61,320 nucleotides of DNA, filler included, from Sphacelaria rigidula (GCA_964200075.2; 9 parts of 9 records of this genome joined end to end with filler, not necessarily neighbours in it), one strand, 5' to 3'; counted from the whole stretch's first letter, positions 26,732 to 39,823 are shown. Numbers and translations are program-made. The notes: a model not told the origin generated them from the letters alone.

Positions 26732-26822
26732 CCCAACGCTGAGGGAATGGCTATCTCTCGGCTGCCGCCAACACGCATGCCCTCCACGCCCCTGTCCATG
26801 CCGACGATCACGTTTCCCATGC
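26732..26822 (-). CDS. Single internal exon of an FKBP-type peptidyl-prolyl cis-trans isomerase
   Basis: GMGNVIVGMDRGVEGMRVGGSREIAIPSALG(Y) fits the FKBP_C pattern GxGxVIxGxDxGxxGMxVGxxRxxxIPxxLGY; acceptor tttttgtcttccAG and donor GTATGT flank it. Confidence 0.85.
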
Positions 26823-27300
26823 CTGGAAGACAAAAAAAAAGGTCAAGCATTGGATCTTTGCGGTTGACAGTGTGGCTTTTTACCTTCACAGGGTTTGAGT
26901 CTTCCAAGTCACAGCTAGGATGGCCGCTAAAAATAGGATGGCAAAATACGAGAATGGAATTACGGTTGCGGTTAGGGTCAGGGTTAGGATAAGCGTAAGG
27001 AAACCCCGACGTCGATCTCGAGGGCTGAATCAATAGTAAACCCTAACCCTAACCCTCAAAGGCTGAATCAATAGTAAGGCTTGTCAGCCAGCGACGAGAG
27101 ACTGGGGGGGGGGGGGGGGGGGCGTCCTATTTGTTTGTTGCATTTAGGCGGGGGTCTTTTCGTCACCCACCCCTTCGGGCGGCGACCCCTCTACTCCTCT
27201 NNNNNNNNNNNNNNNNNNNNNNNNNNNNNNNNNNNNNNNNNNNNTTAATTAATTAANNNNNNNNNNNNNNNNNNNNNNNNNNNNNNNNNNNNNNNNNNNN

Positions 27301-28640
27301 GTTCCGAATGCCAGTTGCTTCGGTAGTCGTCCGTCCGGTTCTCCAGCCAGGGCTGCCGCGAACATCAGCCGCAGTTGCAGCATCCGGTCTTCTTGAGGGC
27401 CTGGGCGTACGATAACCGTCGGTACGTGCCTCGCACCCAGTGGTACCCGATAACTCGCAAGATGAGTTGGTTGTGTACGTTCCTCAGCAACCGGTAGTGC
27501 TCGCGGTGCGGGGCCCACGTCATTGATTCGTTCAGCAGAGCCTCTATCGCCTCCGTCTTCAGTAGTCAGACCTTGAGTCTCTACGGTGCTTCGTGCTTTG
27601 GGTCGGTCGAAGAGGTTCCGCCGGGAAAACTTTCTGATGCACGCCTACGCTGCTCTGCTCCAGTTGTTGATCTCTGGTGTGAGCTCGCCATCTTCGATGA
27701 CGATACCACCCAGGTATCGGAACTTGGCGGTTTGTGCGTACTTCTGGCCCGCTGCTTCGGTGACCAATGGTGGGCAAGGTGGTGTTGGTGGCTCCCCCTT
27801 CTGTCGTGATTTTTCCGGCACTCGCATCGGTAGAGTCTCCGTCTTCTTTTCCGACACCGTCAGTCCGAAGGCCCCGAACACGCGTACTATGACGGTCATC
27901 ATCCTCGCCAGGCCATCAGGGGACCTCGAGACGACGGCCGCGTCATCGGCATATAGCATTGCCCACACCGCTCTCCATACGCGTTCCAGAGGTGTCTTCG
28001 TCTCGTTCAACGTCTCCTCGTCGAGGTATACCATGTCCTTGAGGATGATGTCGTCCTCGCTGAATCGAACGAGAATTACCTCGAGCCCCGCAGCGAAAAA
28101 AATAATATTGAACAGCTTTGGAGACATCACACATACTTGTCGCAGTCCCTGAGTTACCTCGAACCACTCCGAGACCTCCCCGTCGTCCATGCGTGAGCAG
28201 ACCTGCATACCGTCGTGGAATTGGCGGATAATTGCTCGTATCATCTCACCCGGAATCCCAGCTCTGGCGAGCACCTGCGACAGAAGCTCTCGGTCGATCG
28301 AGTGATAAGCGTTTTGGAGGTCGACGAAGCACATGTAAAGCGGTATTCTCCGCCGCCGTCCCAGCTCCTAGAGTCGATGCCCTACAAACAGCACGTCGAC
28401 GGTCGATCGATCAGGTCGAAAGCCGCACTGTTCCTCCGGCAGTGTCCCGTGGGCCTCGCAGTAGTCGCTGAGGCGGTTGGCCATTATTCTCGTAAGTGCT
28501 TTACCTGCGTGTAGGGCTAGTGGGATTCGCCTGTAGTTGTTACAGTTGGAGTGGTCCGATTTCTTGTACGTGAAGCACTTTTATCGTACGAGTAGCGTCT
28601 TTTTTATTACTCCTGCAGGACCTCACCCCCGCCACTACCG
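27301..28640 (-). mobile_element. Degenerate non-LTR retrotransposon (RTE-like LINE), reverse transcriptase region
   Basis: CNNYRRI..LPEEQCGFRPDRSTVD..FVDLQNAY..GLRQVCVMSPKLFNI..LYADD..FGLTVSEKKT..FRYLG; contains in-frame stops. Confidence 0.93.
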
Positions 28641-28915
28641 TTCCACACAACGTGCGCGCCCTTTTTCATGTGGTGCAGCATAGTTCACCAATTTGGAGGG
28701 TGCTATGGTTGATTCTTGTTTCGACTTGGTTTCAGTGTGGACATCGAAATCCGGATCTTCATTGGGGCTGTGCTCCAAGCGTGCACCCAGCGTGCGCAGA
28801 ACGCATTTTTCTCGAAATCGGCTCCTAAGACGCCGATTTGAGGTCTGGCAGCGCACACTTTGCCTGACGAACACTTTGCACCCCCTTGCCGGAGGGTTAT
28901 CGGTGTACCTTTACT

Positions 28916-28958
28916 GAGGTTAGGGTTAGTGTTAGGGTTAGCGTTAGCGTTAGGGTTC
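28916..28958 (+). repeat. Interstitial telomere-like (TTAGGG-variant) repeat
   Basis: GGTTAGGGTTAGTGTTAGGGTTAGCGTTAGCGTTAGGGTT; similar short tracts at ~26970 and ~27040. Confidence 0.7.
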
Positions 28959-29577
28959 TAATTTGTTCGAGATGATAAATTTCTGAGAAATTACGCCACT
29001 CCAAAGGCTGAAGCCCAGCCACCAAGAAATTGAAGGCCGCGGCTGGTTGCCCCGCGGTCCCTGAAGATTCGACGAGACATGCAGGGCGCGAACGCCTGTG
29101 TGCGGGACAGAACACAGACTCGAACATGTGCAAAAAGTCTTGCCGGCACGCACACGCCCGACCCGGTATCGTGTAGCGTTATCATGTTGGAAGATGAGAC
29201 GAAAAGTGTGCTACCCTGCTTTTTGTTCCAAGACCCGCAGTCGGTGTACACCCCTTTCTTGTATATTTCCCTTCGGTCAATTGTGCAAAATAATACTTCC
29301 CAGGTTTGGTTTGTGTGGAGGTTGGTTGAACAGCAGGGCAATCAACGTGCCTGGCTTAGGTCGCTCGTTCACCGTTTTGGAACCGGACCCCACCAAACCA
29401 TGGGTGTATGTAGCCCTTTGACTGCGAGCGGTGGTCCATTTGTGAATCGGCATCATTTTCAAAAAATTTCCAAGGAAGAGGTAGATTCACAACGGACGCT
29501 TCCCCTGGTCTGTGGGGTTCCGGTCCTAGAAGAATGAACCCATTTGGGACCGGATCCCTCTAAAGGGGGTGTAAATG

Positions 29578-30532
29578 GAGTTGTGAACTGGCTGCCAGTT
29601 TAATTGACCAGTTACAGTTAACTGGTGCAACTGGTTGACTGATCGGTTTTGTAACCAGTTGAACCAGTTATTTTACCCGAAATATGTGTCATTTTTCAAA
29701 TTGTTGTATGTACACATGTGTCATACTCAAGCCAATATTTATGAAGTGTTGTCGTACTACAATGACCGTGGAGACGCTGTTACAGAGGCGAGTACATGAC
29801 TGCACAGCGCATACACCTAGACGTAGACACGAGTATCGCAGACGATATATTCTAATATAAAAGAAAAATCGAAATTGTGCACGGACAGTTGTTGATTGAG
29901 CGGATCTGAGATATGAAGCATAACTGCGTTTCGTACTCATAGCGTTGTTGTGTGTGCTTTGCTTTATTCGATCGGCATCAAGCGTTACAAGCGTTACAAG
30001 CGTTCAGTGGTGGCTGGTAAATGTGATGCCGAAGCATGAGGAAGAGGCGAGATTTCTGTTAATTATGCCCGGCCGATGAAGTCACATTCGATTACGTCAC
30101 CAAGTTGCCGTGCTACTGGTAGTTCCTCGCGCTTGGGTATATATCCTGCACTACTGTCTCACCGCTTCGTTTATTAATTTATGTTGCAAAGTTCAGTGAC
30201 GTTTTTTATTCTTCTCCCATACGACACATGTATTTTTTTGTGCACCGATTACGTGCTCGAATTGCTGGCGGCGCTAGGCGACTAGAATTCACCGCGATTT
30301 TGAAGAGATGTGAAGCCAAATGGCGTAATTTTCTTACCTCCGGCAGGCCCCCCTCACCAGCCGGATAGGGGGGGGCGTTTTCCCGACTCCACTGCGTTGC
30401 CTTGCCAGGCAACGCCAGCGGAGTCGCGAGGCGGCCTCGCCGCCAGTTATCCAGTTTTAGCTCATAACTGTAACTGGTCGTAATTTTTTGCATCCAGTTA
30501 ACTTGTTAGTCAAACCAGTTCACAACTAACTC
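29578..30532. mobile_element. Putative non-autonomous DNA transposon with GAG...CTC ends and CCAGTT/AACTGG-rich subterminal repeats
   Basis: Left GAGTTGTGAACTGG..GACCAGTTACAGTTA against right TAACTGTAACTGGTC..CCAGTTCACAACTAACTC; flanks AATG/TATG match at 3 of 4 positions. Confidence 0.55.
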
Positions 30533-30647
30533 TATGTATAAAACCATCTTTTATGGCAGTCAACAATCTCGACTATTTCGAGATCGAGGGGAAAATAGTC
30601 GGGAAACCCATTTTATGGACCCCGATTTTTCGATCAAATAGGAGAAG

Positions 30648-30747
30648 AAAAAATCGGGGGGAGTCACGATCTCGGAACGATTCCCCCCCTTTTTTTCGAA
30701 AAATGGGGGGAAATCGTTCCGAGATCGTGACTCCCTCCGATTTTTTT
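30648..30747. repeat. ~100-bp near-perfect palindrome
   Basis: AAAAATCGGGGGGAGTCACGATCTCGGAACGATT...TTCGAA...AATCGTTCCGAGATCGTGACTCCCTCCGATTTTT. Confidence 0.9.
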
Positions 30748-32344
30748 AGGTGACTTACGTACATTGACTTACAGTGGTGGGGTACGAGGCGTTTAATATT
30801 TTTGCAACCGCAGCAGCAGACTGTCTCGTGACAGCGTGGGGCGTATGCCTGCCCGCGCCAGCTCCTGAGGTAGCTTCGCACGGGGTTCGACAAGTGGGTG
30901 ATGAATGTTGACGCCGTACCCTACGGCGATGGTAATGTTTGATGCTGCACTGCGCTGCCATATATATATATATATATATATATACGTATCACTATAACGA
31001 AGGGTACTGTACCATCATAGTCTGTTATCGCTGTACTTTCAGGGTGATGTATGGCACTGCACTACTGATTCTTCTCGCGCACTGTGTGTTCACTGTTTTC
31101 GCAATGCCGACTGTGCCATCATGTAACACTGTACCATTCGACATTATTATGTAATGATGGAGTGTCCTGCACTGTAATACCCTAGGGTATGTGGTACCAC
31201 ACTGTACTGTATTCGGAGGGTTGTTTACCGCCTGCCTGCTCTTCAGCTTCATGCACGAGTACACAATACCACACTCCTGCAGAAAATGACTGTCTGAATA
31301 CAGAACTGTCTCACAACATGTGTCTTCCTGTACTGTCTGTACGGTAAAACGGTCCCCCCAATTTTGAGTTGACGAATTTGAGCCCCCCCGGTTTTGAAGA
31401 AATCGGGGTCTAAAAGAGAAACGAAATTCGTTGCCATTAAAGATGGTCTAACCCTTTGACTAGGAGTGGTGTTCCATGTGTGAGTCGGCATCATTTTTTA
31501 GGCTTATGCTTTTTGTGCGTTTTTTTCCAAAATACCTATGCGTCTCGTTCATGAGGGGTCATTGTGAAGCGGAAACCCCGCCGAGGTGTTACAATTACTT
31601 GATTTTAGTTTTGAAGACCGAAGAACAAGGAACCCATAATTTATGCGAATTATATGCGCGCATAAAAAGCAGAAGCCTATCACTTTCAGTCGTTTTCCAA
31701 TTGAAAATAATGCTGGTTCACAATCTGCTCTAACCCTTGGTTAGGTGCACGACTCATAGTCCGGTCTCCAGGTAATTGAAAAATCAGCCGCCTTACTGTG
31801 CGTTTTTTCATTACCACATTCGTTCGGTCTTTTTGACTCGCGGTCAGCATTTACAAATCTCTCAAAATCAGGTCACTTCCTTTCTCCCAGTACAGGAACG
31901 TACTTCCAACACGCGAATCAAATTAATTTCTGGAAGTCTGACTACGTCTGGCTGCCCAAGTTTATGGGTTTAGCGCCCCCCCGTCCCCCTCCTTGCCAGG
32001 CCAATTAAAAGGCTTTTGTGCAATGTATGGAATAAACGAAGTGAGCGCCCAAACGTTGGAGGTGTGTTTCTATTAGGATAGGAGTAGGAACGGCAGTCCG
32101 TCTCGAAGGAAATCAGTGGTCAAATGACCACGGCAAGCAGCAAATTAGTACGCTCGACCTCGGCCCGGCCCAATTTGGGCTTACATTAAACACATTTGGT
32201 GATGCCTGAACCGATCCGTCGGTGTGTGTGTGTGTGTTCGTTTTGGCATGCGCGGGTTCTCCAATGCAACGGAGGCGGGTGGTACAGTATACAGTACAGT
32301 AACAACAAGCACCCTTTCTCTTTGTTGCTTTTGGTCGTGAACAG

Positions 32345-33915
32345 GCACGCGCTGGATGCGGAGCTGCGTCGACTTCGAGGCGAGATGGAACAAAAGGAGA
32401 GCAAGACGGCGGCCAGCTTCTGGCAGAGGACGGTGGCGGCCGACCGGGAAAAAACGCGCCTCGAGAACGAATTAGACACGGCCCAGGCAAAGGTAAGTGG
32501 GCACGTTGTCTTTGGTGCTGCAGTTCAGTGCAGTGGAGGGTAGTGTACGGTAGTGTGGTGAAAACAATCGAGGATAGTCTGGAAATCCCTTGTTTTTTGT
32601 GTACTATAGGATCCATAGATGGATATGGGACTCACTCAGCTCTCGGCCTTTAATTAAACCCCGTTTACTTGTAAAAGCAATTCTCGTTTTTGAAAAAGAT
32701 ATAAAGTCTCAGAATCTTGGCTTTCGTTTTTTTTCCCGTATCTGGTCGGGTATTCGGTTGGTGGGTGTTGGTCTATCTGACGTGCGACGTGCATTTTTAC
32801 CCCCATGTACTTGACTTCCTGACTGTAACACGCCTTCGAAGGCCGCAACCCTGGCCAAGGAGAAGGCGGAGCTGGATGCCGAGCTGCTCCCGATCAAGTC
32901 CGAAGTGGCGTCCCTGAAGTTCCGGTTTAACGAGGCGGAAAAGGCGAGTGCAGGCAGGCAGGCCATGTTGAAGTTGACGTTGCGAGTGTGTCGCAGCTCG
33001 CGGTACAGTACTCTTCGTGAAACGTTTGTCGTGTGCGGGTAGCTCGCACAGTAGGCGAGGGCCATCGTCGTCGTTGATTTCTCGCGCTTTCAACCGCATT
33101 GCATTCACCTTAATTAACTGCCTGTGTTGCATTTTCAAGTCATGCGTAGAGTGTTGGAGGGGGGGAGGGGGGGGGGGGGGGGGGGCAATCGTCACCAAGT
33201 GCGCTAATGTACTCGTTTTTTTCCTTCTTTTGTTTTAGTCTCGTTTTTTTACCGACGTTTTTTTCGGGGAGGTGTTGCTGTGCTGAGCCACAACATATGT
33301 GTGGGTTTGTTGTCGTTGTTGTTGTTGTTCGCGATGATTGTTTCACGCCTGCGTCGCTGTTGTCGCCTGTCTTGACGTACGATGTTTAAATTGGCCTCAA
33401 CGATTTTTTCTGTGATAATTCGTACTCTTGTCTTAATTCCCAATTTTTGGGAAATGGTGTCGGTAAGCCACCCCTGCCTGTCCAGCCAGCCTTTTCCCTT
33501 CCTTAACCCTATTGGGACAGGGTTTTAGACTTTGGTTCGATCTTCAATGCCACATGCGCCCGTTGACTGCGGGTTTGAGAGACAGGGCTGTTTGTGTGTG
33601 GGACAGTGTGTGGAGAATATCTCGATCTTCCGTGCCGCACGCGCCCGTCCTCTTCGGGTCTGAGACCGAGCTGTAATGCGTGTGCGCGTGCGTGTGTGTG
33701 TGCGTCATGGTGATAAGAGCGAGGCGATGTTGGTGGTATGTGCGCGTCTTGTTTTGCATTACGTCCTGTTTTTGTCAGGTGGCTTCTCGTGTGCTGACTG
33801 CAGAGGAGGCGGTTAGGTTTTCGAAGGCTCAGTTGGAGGTCATGAGGACGGAGTTCGTGGCGACGTCGGCGCAGCTCAATGCCATGCAGACCGAATTGGC
33901 ACAACAAAAGGCCCG
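32345..33915 (+). CDS. Partial coiled-coil protein; exons 32345-32492, 32842-32943, 33779-33915
   Basis: Exons splice in frame: HALDAELRRLRGEMEQKESK..ELDTAQAK | AATLAKEKAELDAELLPIKSEVASLKFRFNEAEK | VASRVLTAEEAVRFSKAQLEVMRTEF..; donors GTAAGT, GCGAGT and GTGAGA; heptad-like composition. Confidence 0.85.
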
Positions 33916-33939
33916 GTGAGAATCATAACGTAACCAGCC

Positions 33940-34024
33940 GAGTGATGCTACGGTAGGGGTACACAAATTATTTCTGAGGTTAGAAATGTTAGGAGCCCCT
34001 TACCTCATCCAAAACACGACTTAT
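33940..34024. mobile_element. One end of the GAG...CTC MITE family (as 6163-6419), cut by the contig end
   Basis: GAGTGATGCTACGGTAGGGGTACAC..TTCTGAGGTTAGAAATGTTAGGAGCCCC is the reverse complement of ~6345-6419. Confidence 0.85.
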
Positions 34025-34124
34025 NNNNNNNNNNNNNNNNNNNNNNNNNNNNNNNNNNNNNNNNNNNNTTAATTAATTAANNNNNNNNNNNNNNNNNNNN
34101 NNNNNNNNNNNNNNNNNNNNNNNN

Positions 34125-34195
34125 TAGAATCGTTTGGAGCCCCTGAACCAGACAAAATTTCGCGAAAAAAGTGCACCCCTACCGTAGCATTGCTC
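34125..34195. mobile_element. Other end of the GAG...CTC MITE family, at a contig start (a different copy)
   Basis: ...TTTCGCGAAAAAAGTGCACCCCTACCGTAGCATTGCTC is the reverse complement of 6163-6230. Confidence 0.85.
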
Positions 34196-34675
34196 CACAA
34201 TAAAATTCAGACAACAGAAAACTCGTCTTGAGCCATTCTTGAGGGTGTATCGTGGTGGGAAAGAGTTGACGCCAGTGGTTTTCGGGAGGTGTCGGCACCG
34301 ACGACGTCATGGCCGCACCGACGAATTGATACTCGTTGCTTACAGACACCAGCTGCAAAAGTGACTTCTGGACGAGTTACTACTGGTGTCCGATTATGTA
34401 AAGTTTCGAAACCCTTGCTCTTCTATTTTTCGGGGCACTATGAGTCGTCGTCATCCGGTGTCCTTCCGAGAGGTCGGTCCCGGCGTGCTGGGCTGGGGGG
34501 CTTCGGTGGCGGTAGCTAGACCGGTCTACAGGATTCAGGGCATTCCCATGACGTCGATAATAGTTGGGGGGGGACAACCGGGAGCGCTGGCAGCTGGGCT
34601 ACAGCACCGCCTTTCTCGGCGCAAAACTTGCGAGGGAAGTTTATGTTGAAATGGGACCGTCCAGATACGACGGGT

Positions 34676-35185
34676 TTGACGGCGCAATCGAATATGAAAG
34701 CAGATCTCGTGGCCGCAGCACTGAACATGAAGGAGGCCGTTTTTCGTCCGAACATGATGGATAAGTTGGGGTTTGGTAACTACTTCGACTCCGTTCCCTT
34801 CTACATCGACAACACCTCAACTCTTCACGTTGCCGGAAACCGACCAAGAGCTCGCGAGTCAAGCACGTAGCTCTACGATATTTTCTTATTAGGAACTGGT
34901 CGAAGAGGAAGGACCAGCGCTCCTTACACCAAGACAGAGGACTAACTTGCCGACATAGGGATCAAGCACCAAGCGACTCAGGCATCGCCACCTGGTCAAG
35001 CTGATGAACACGCTAAAAATCTAAGCCCAGTCTGGCTGTAGGACTTGTTGTTATTTGGTCCCTTCTTTTCTTTCTCACCTTTGCGCGCTGGGACGGTTGC
35101 ACTGAGCTGGGTGGTTGAACTAGAATGTACTTGAATTGAGGAGGAGTGAGAGGGAGTGAGACTTTGTACTTGCGTTGAGGGGGAG
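34676..35185 (+). mobile_element. Ty1/copia remnant: RNase H region, 3' UTR and polypurine tract
   Basis: LTAQSNMKADLVAAALNMKEAVF..LGFGNYFDSVPFYIDNTSTLHVAGN..KTED*LADIG matches copia RNase H; PPT TTGAGGGGGAG ends at 35185. Confidence 0.9.
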
Positions 35186-35401
35186 TGTTGGGCCATCAGG
35201 CTTTGGAGCCCATTCTCATGAACGCTTCGTAAGGTACTCTTTTGCATGAAGATATCGTGTGGATTGCCGGTACTGTCTACGATCTCTGGTCTGATATGAA
35301 GCGTAGTGGTAGTCGCGTATCTCTTACTCTTCCCTGCCGAGCATTCTGCATCGTGGGTTATTCAGGACTGACTGTCTCGCCCTCAGGCGGCAACTTCAAC
35401 A
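35186..35401 (+). mobile_element. Putative 3' LTR of the copia remnant (TGTTG...CAACA)
   Basis: Starts TGTTG directly after the PPT and ends CAACA at 35401 (5-bp inverted termini). Confidence 0.75.
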
Positions 35402-37460
35402 CCATCTTCTGTCTATACTTCGAAGGCAGTGCGTCTACTCGCTTGGCTTAACCGCCATCAGCGCCGACCTCAGCGATCACGTCGAAAGCGTCCAAGGACA
35501 CTTTTCTAACCGTTTTCCCCGCTCTTCATTATTTCGTAGGCGCCTCATTTTGTTCACCTTGGGTGCATTTATCTTGTGACCACGGCTGGATCCTTCAATA
35601 AAACCCGTTGATGTGTAACAATGAAATCTGTAACTGCCCAAGACGGTAACAAGCAAGCATTTCCGTGGCAAATGTTCCTCCCCATCCAGATCGCAAAACA
35701 TCGGAGTGCTTCACTTGTCAACGCGGTCAATTTCGCCGTTCATTGCGTTGAAAAAAGTTGCAGCAACCACGTGAACGATTACTTCCAGTAGCTGTATGGG
35801 GGTGGACCACAACCACTCTTCGTATCATTCTGCATCTTTTGACAACGCCCAACCCACCGCGCGTGGTGCATCAGCGCAGCTGAGCAAACGTGCCTCAAAA
35901 CACCGGTATGGCGGAGAGGACGATCGACATCGAGGATGACCGATATCAGCCCTTGAAAACATCGAATGGTGAGGTCATGAGTCATATACTGTGATACATA
36001 GTTGTGTCTACCAGCAGTTGAATCAAGTCTCCAGCAGGGCCATGGCCTATTCAAACGTGGTTCAGCAACACTGCAGCAGTTTCGTCGTGCAACGAGGTTG
36101 AACCAGCAATTATGTGTCTTCGCCACCCCTTCTCCTCGGTGGTATTGTTTGAAACGAGTGCACCAGGCTTTGCATCGCTCACGAGCAACGATACGCCGTC
36201 ACTTGTCCATGACTTGGTTCAACCCTCCACGATGTGATCCTTGAGGTACAGGAAATACAGAAACGGACGGAAGGAGGAGCATACGTTGGCCATGCGTCAC
36301 CTCCAGTAGGTGGCGCGCTGTGGTGCTTTTGGCTCTAGGTGCGTCGCTGGGAGCCACAGCGATCAAGTTGATCTCGATTCGAATGACTACGAGGCAAGTG
36401 GTTCATCGTCGAACACTGGGGGCCTTGGATTTCATACGGCGTAGATTTCGGGACAGGGCCAGGGATATTGAACGCACGATGAACGCTGCGTTCTCGGAGG
36501 TGGACATGTCACGGTTGCAATGACTTTCAGCATCCCTCGGATCGAGTGTAGCTGCATCTGATTATTTCAATAGCTACCCGCTCTGGGCTTGAGAGCGATT
36601 GCACACTACTAGGAGAGGGGGGGGTGGGGGGTATTTCATTTCACGGGAAAATGCTCGTGGGTGTGTCAGACGACCTAACACCATCACGGTGCGCCTGTAT
36701 TTGGGTTAAGATGAGGTCAAGCAATATAGTACGTGTTATTTATCGGTACAAAGCGCAGTTGAACAACCGTTGCTGCGTTCCTGGAGAAATGGTCCAAATC
36801 CCCCCCCCCTCCCCCCGCCCGCCCGCCCTCCCGTATCGTATCGTAGAACGACTCTGGAATATATATAAAAAAAACAGATATGGTGGTATGTATCATGACA
36901 TCCCAGGGTGAACAACCCGTGTCGAATAAAAAACTTCATGTAAACTTGTACGGACAGAATTAGCGGTATAGACTCATCGAAAGGACTATAATATATCGCC
37001 CTTTCTGCACCAAATAAATGTGTGTCCACAATTTTTCGATGACCCTTCCATCACCGCAATGCGTTCTCATATTACCTCGGTGACATCAAAACCAACCATA
37101 CCGACGGAAAAGCTTCATCTACAACCGCGGACCGCGGTACTATTTGAAGGATCGAAGATTCCGTATTTGGTGGTTTCGTAAATTTTGTCAGTGGCAAATG
37201 ATTCCCGTCGCGGGAAGTTTTTTCGTGCTTGCAGCAGTATCTAGAAAAGCCTCAGCCACCCCCCACTGTGCACAAAACTTTATCCTCGTTTCTGCAGAAG
37301 GTCAACACCTGACGGATCTCCGCAAATACCGCAGAAGGCGGAAACGTTGTATCAAGCGGCAGCTCACCCCCTGGCGGAGGATCCAGTTGTCGCATTAGCG
37401 GCAGGAGACAACTGAATCCTCCGCTAGGGGGTGAGCTGCCGCTTGATACGATGTTTATAC

Positions 37461-39520
37461 CAGGGCTCTTCACGTTACACGTTACACGCTACGTCACAAA
37501 TGTAACGTATAAAAAATTATACGTCACGTCACGTCACAAATGTGACGTTTGAAAATTATACGTTGCGTCAGTCACGTCACATTTTTGTACGGGTTCCTTA
37601 CGTTACGTCACACTTGTGACGTATTAAAAAGTTATACGTTACATTACGTCACAGTGACGTATTTTGAAACGTTTCACGTATAAATACATTACACGTCACA
37701 ATAAACGTTACACGTCACATTATTATAAGTTTGTGACGTGTAACGTATTTTGAAACATTACGTTTGTGATGTGCAACGGATTTTGGGACGTTATTGAGAC
37801 TTCTAACGAATAATATACGTCACGTTTGTGGCGTATAACGCATTTTGAAACATTCTTGTGACGTGTAACGAATAATGTACGTTACGTTTGACTAATGCCG
37901 AGATAACCCCCCCACAAGAAGTGCACCGGCACCATCCAACGAACCGGCTGCGATCCCACTAGGGCTCGTTTGCAGCAATTTCGCCCACATGAGAGGCGTC
38001 TAGCAGTCCGAAATCAGCTGAAACGCCCAAATCAGTCGCGTCGTGCAGCACGAAACCAGCTTTAACGGCAGTTATGATCATCGCCTCCGTGCACATTTTC
38101 GGTCGGGTTTTTTGGGGGTGCTATCTCGGAAACAGACGTTTGTGACGTGTAGCGTAAAATGAAACGTTACACTTCGACCGTGTTGAGGGCAAATGAACGC
38201 TACGTACGACGTTGTAAGGTTTCATGTACCGCAACTTGATACGGGAGGTCCACGGTGGCTGCCTTGTTCGAGCATGAGGCGCGTTCTGCTCGCTATGTTG
38301 ACATGTAAGAATGTGTTTCAGCTAGTGTATCGCTCATGCGTCCCTGACTGACACGTTGAAATCTCAAAGAAATCCATTATTACGCTATTGATGCACGATA
38401 ATCAGATAGTGAGATACTAAGATGAGCGCAGGCCATGATGTACACATACAAACGCAAGTATGTACAGGTCATACGGTAGTGATACCTGATTGTCGGTTGA
38501 TATTTTGTAGGACACCCAACACATAGCAATCCGATTCTGTATTGTTATAATTATTTGCTCTCTCAGCACGGAGTATATGCAGAAGATCTATAGTATATAT
38601 GCATATATAGAATTCACATGGACTGATGATCTGATACGAATCCGGACGCGATGTAAGCGCAAGTTCAGCGCCACGGCAGCATGCACCGCCGCACCACACC
38701 CAACCGTAGAATGAATTATATTGAGTGGCCGTGTGCCGTTTTACTCATCGGTGTCACTAGTATCAAAATATGGACAACAAAGTAATCAGAGACCTTGTGC
38801 CTTTCAAGAGTTGCGAAGGGCGACACGAGCTTGTGACCTCGTGGACAAATTCGGTGGCTCCACTGCTGTTCTGTAGTTTTGTTCTTTATTTCGTTGGCTT
38901 TGCTTTGTTTTCTCATGTTGGAATTGTTTTGTTTTTCTGGTTTTCGGCCGTCCGTCTCTGTTCGAAAGGTTTTGTGTAGGTTCTTGTCTCTATTCTTGGC
39001 ACAATGAGCCATGATGTGTTTCTAACGTCATGAGGTCCGCCCTGCGAACACGGCTGTATTATGATGATGTATGCATACTCTTCTTGAATCCACTGTATCA
39101 TATCATGAGAGTATCACATAATATGCTAATCTCAATCTAATTGTGGTACAAGTTGAGCCTGTGACCGTCGTGACGTTCATTCAGACGTCACATACGTATA
39201 ATAAGGTGACGTGTAACGTTTATTGTGACATGTAACGTATTGTTTGACGTGTAACGTATGAAATACGTTATACGGTACGGGAAACGTTTCAAAATACGTT
39301 ACTGTGACGTATAGAAAAACGTCACGTCACGTCACATTTGTGACGTATTGAAAAAATGAACGTTTAGCCACGTCACATTTTCTACCGGTACGTCACGTTA
39401 CGTCAAATTTGTGACGTATTCGAAAAAAACACGTTACGTCACGTCACACCACTGTGACGTACATTTGTGACGTGTAACATACGTGTTACGTACGTGTAAC
39501 GTGTAACGTAAAGAGCCCTG
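37461..39520. mobile_element. Non-autonomous hAT-type DNA transposon, 2060 bp, with ACGT-rich subterminal repeats
   Basis: 28-bp TIR CAGGGCTCTTYACGTTACACGTTACACG; perfect 8-bp TSD GTTTATAC at 37453-37460 and 39521-39528; no transposase ORF seen. Confidence 0.93.
37890..38137. mobile_element. MITE (same family as 2228-2477) nested in the hAT element, 4-bp TSD GTTT
   Basis: Reverse complement of 2228-2477; GTTT at 37886-37889 and 38138-38141. Confidence 0.88.
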
Positions 39521-39744
39521 GTTTATACATCCTTCGGTTTTGTAAAGAGCCGCTAGGTATCGACCTTCTACAGAAACGACGACGAAGCTTTGTGCGCAGC
39601 GGTGACGGCTGAGGCAGTGTTTCGCCGCTGAAAGAACGAAAAGAAACCGCTCCGTAACTTGAAAACAACGCATCTGAGTTCCCACATCGAACGATCGCCG
39701 AAATCAATATCAGTGGGTGATGCCGCGATAGGCGCCCCCCCCCA

Positions 39745-39823
39745 GAAAAGGTGCTCCGTCTCGAAAGGGATGCGTGGTCAATGGTCAAATGACTAAGGCA
39801 AGCAACAAATGAGTACGACCCCG
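39745..39823 (-). repeat. Poly-G-anchored repeat family, subfamily B
   Basis: The minus strand reads GGGGTCGTACTCATTTGTTGCTTGCCTTAGTCATTTGACCATTGACCACGCATCCCTTTCGAGACGGAGCAC, colinear with subfamily A; other B fragments at ~32115-32152, 42693-42737 and 58320-58345. Confidence 0.75.

Larger units (their letters stand above)
37249..39615. mobile_element. Foldback element (axis ~37399) whose right arm is interrupted by the hAT element
   Basis: Inner arms 37350-37391 / 37407-37449 pair; the outer left arm 37249-37310 pairs with 39555-39615 beyond the insertion. Confidence 0.8.

Noticed and set aside
33940..34195. Apparently one complete MITE spanning the spacer, implying contigs 5 and 6 are adjacent
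   Set aside because: The flanks (AGCC vs CACA) are not a TSD and the contigs are ordered by size; these are two different copies of a high-copy family
35820..35900. PRAVGWAL peptide resembling the alkyltransferase HTH motif (minus strand)
   Set aside because: Short match surrounded by stops, with no PCHR/PWHR active-site motif or exon boundaries
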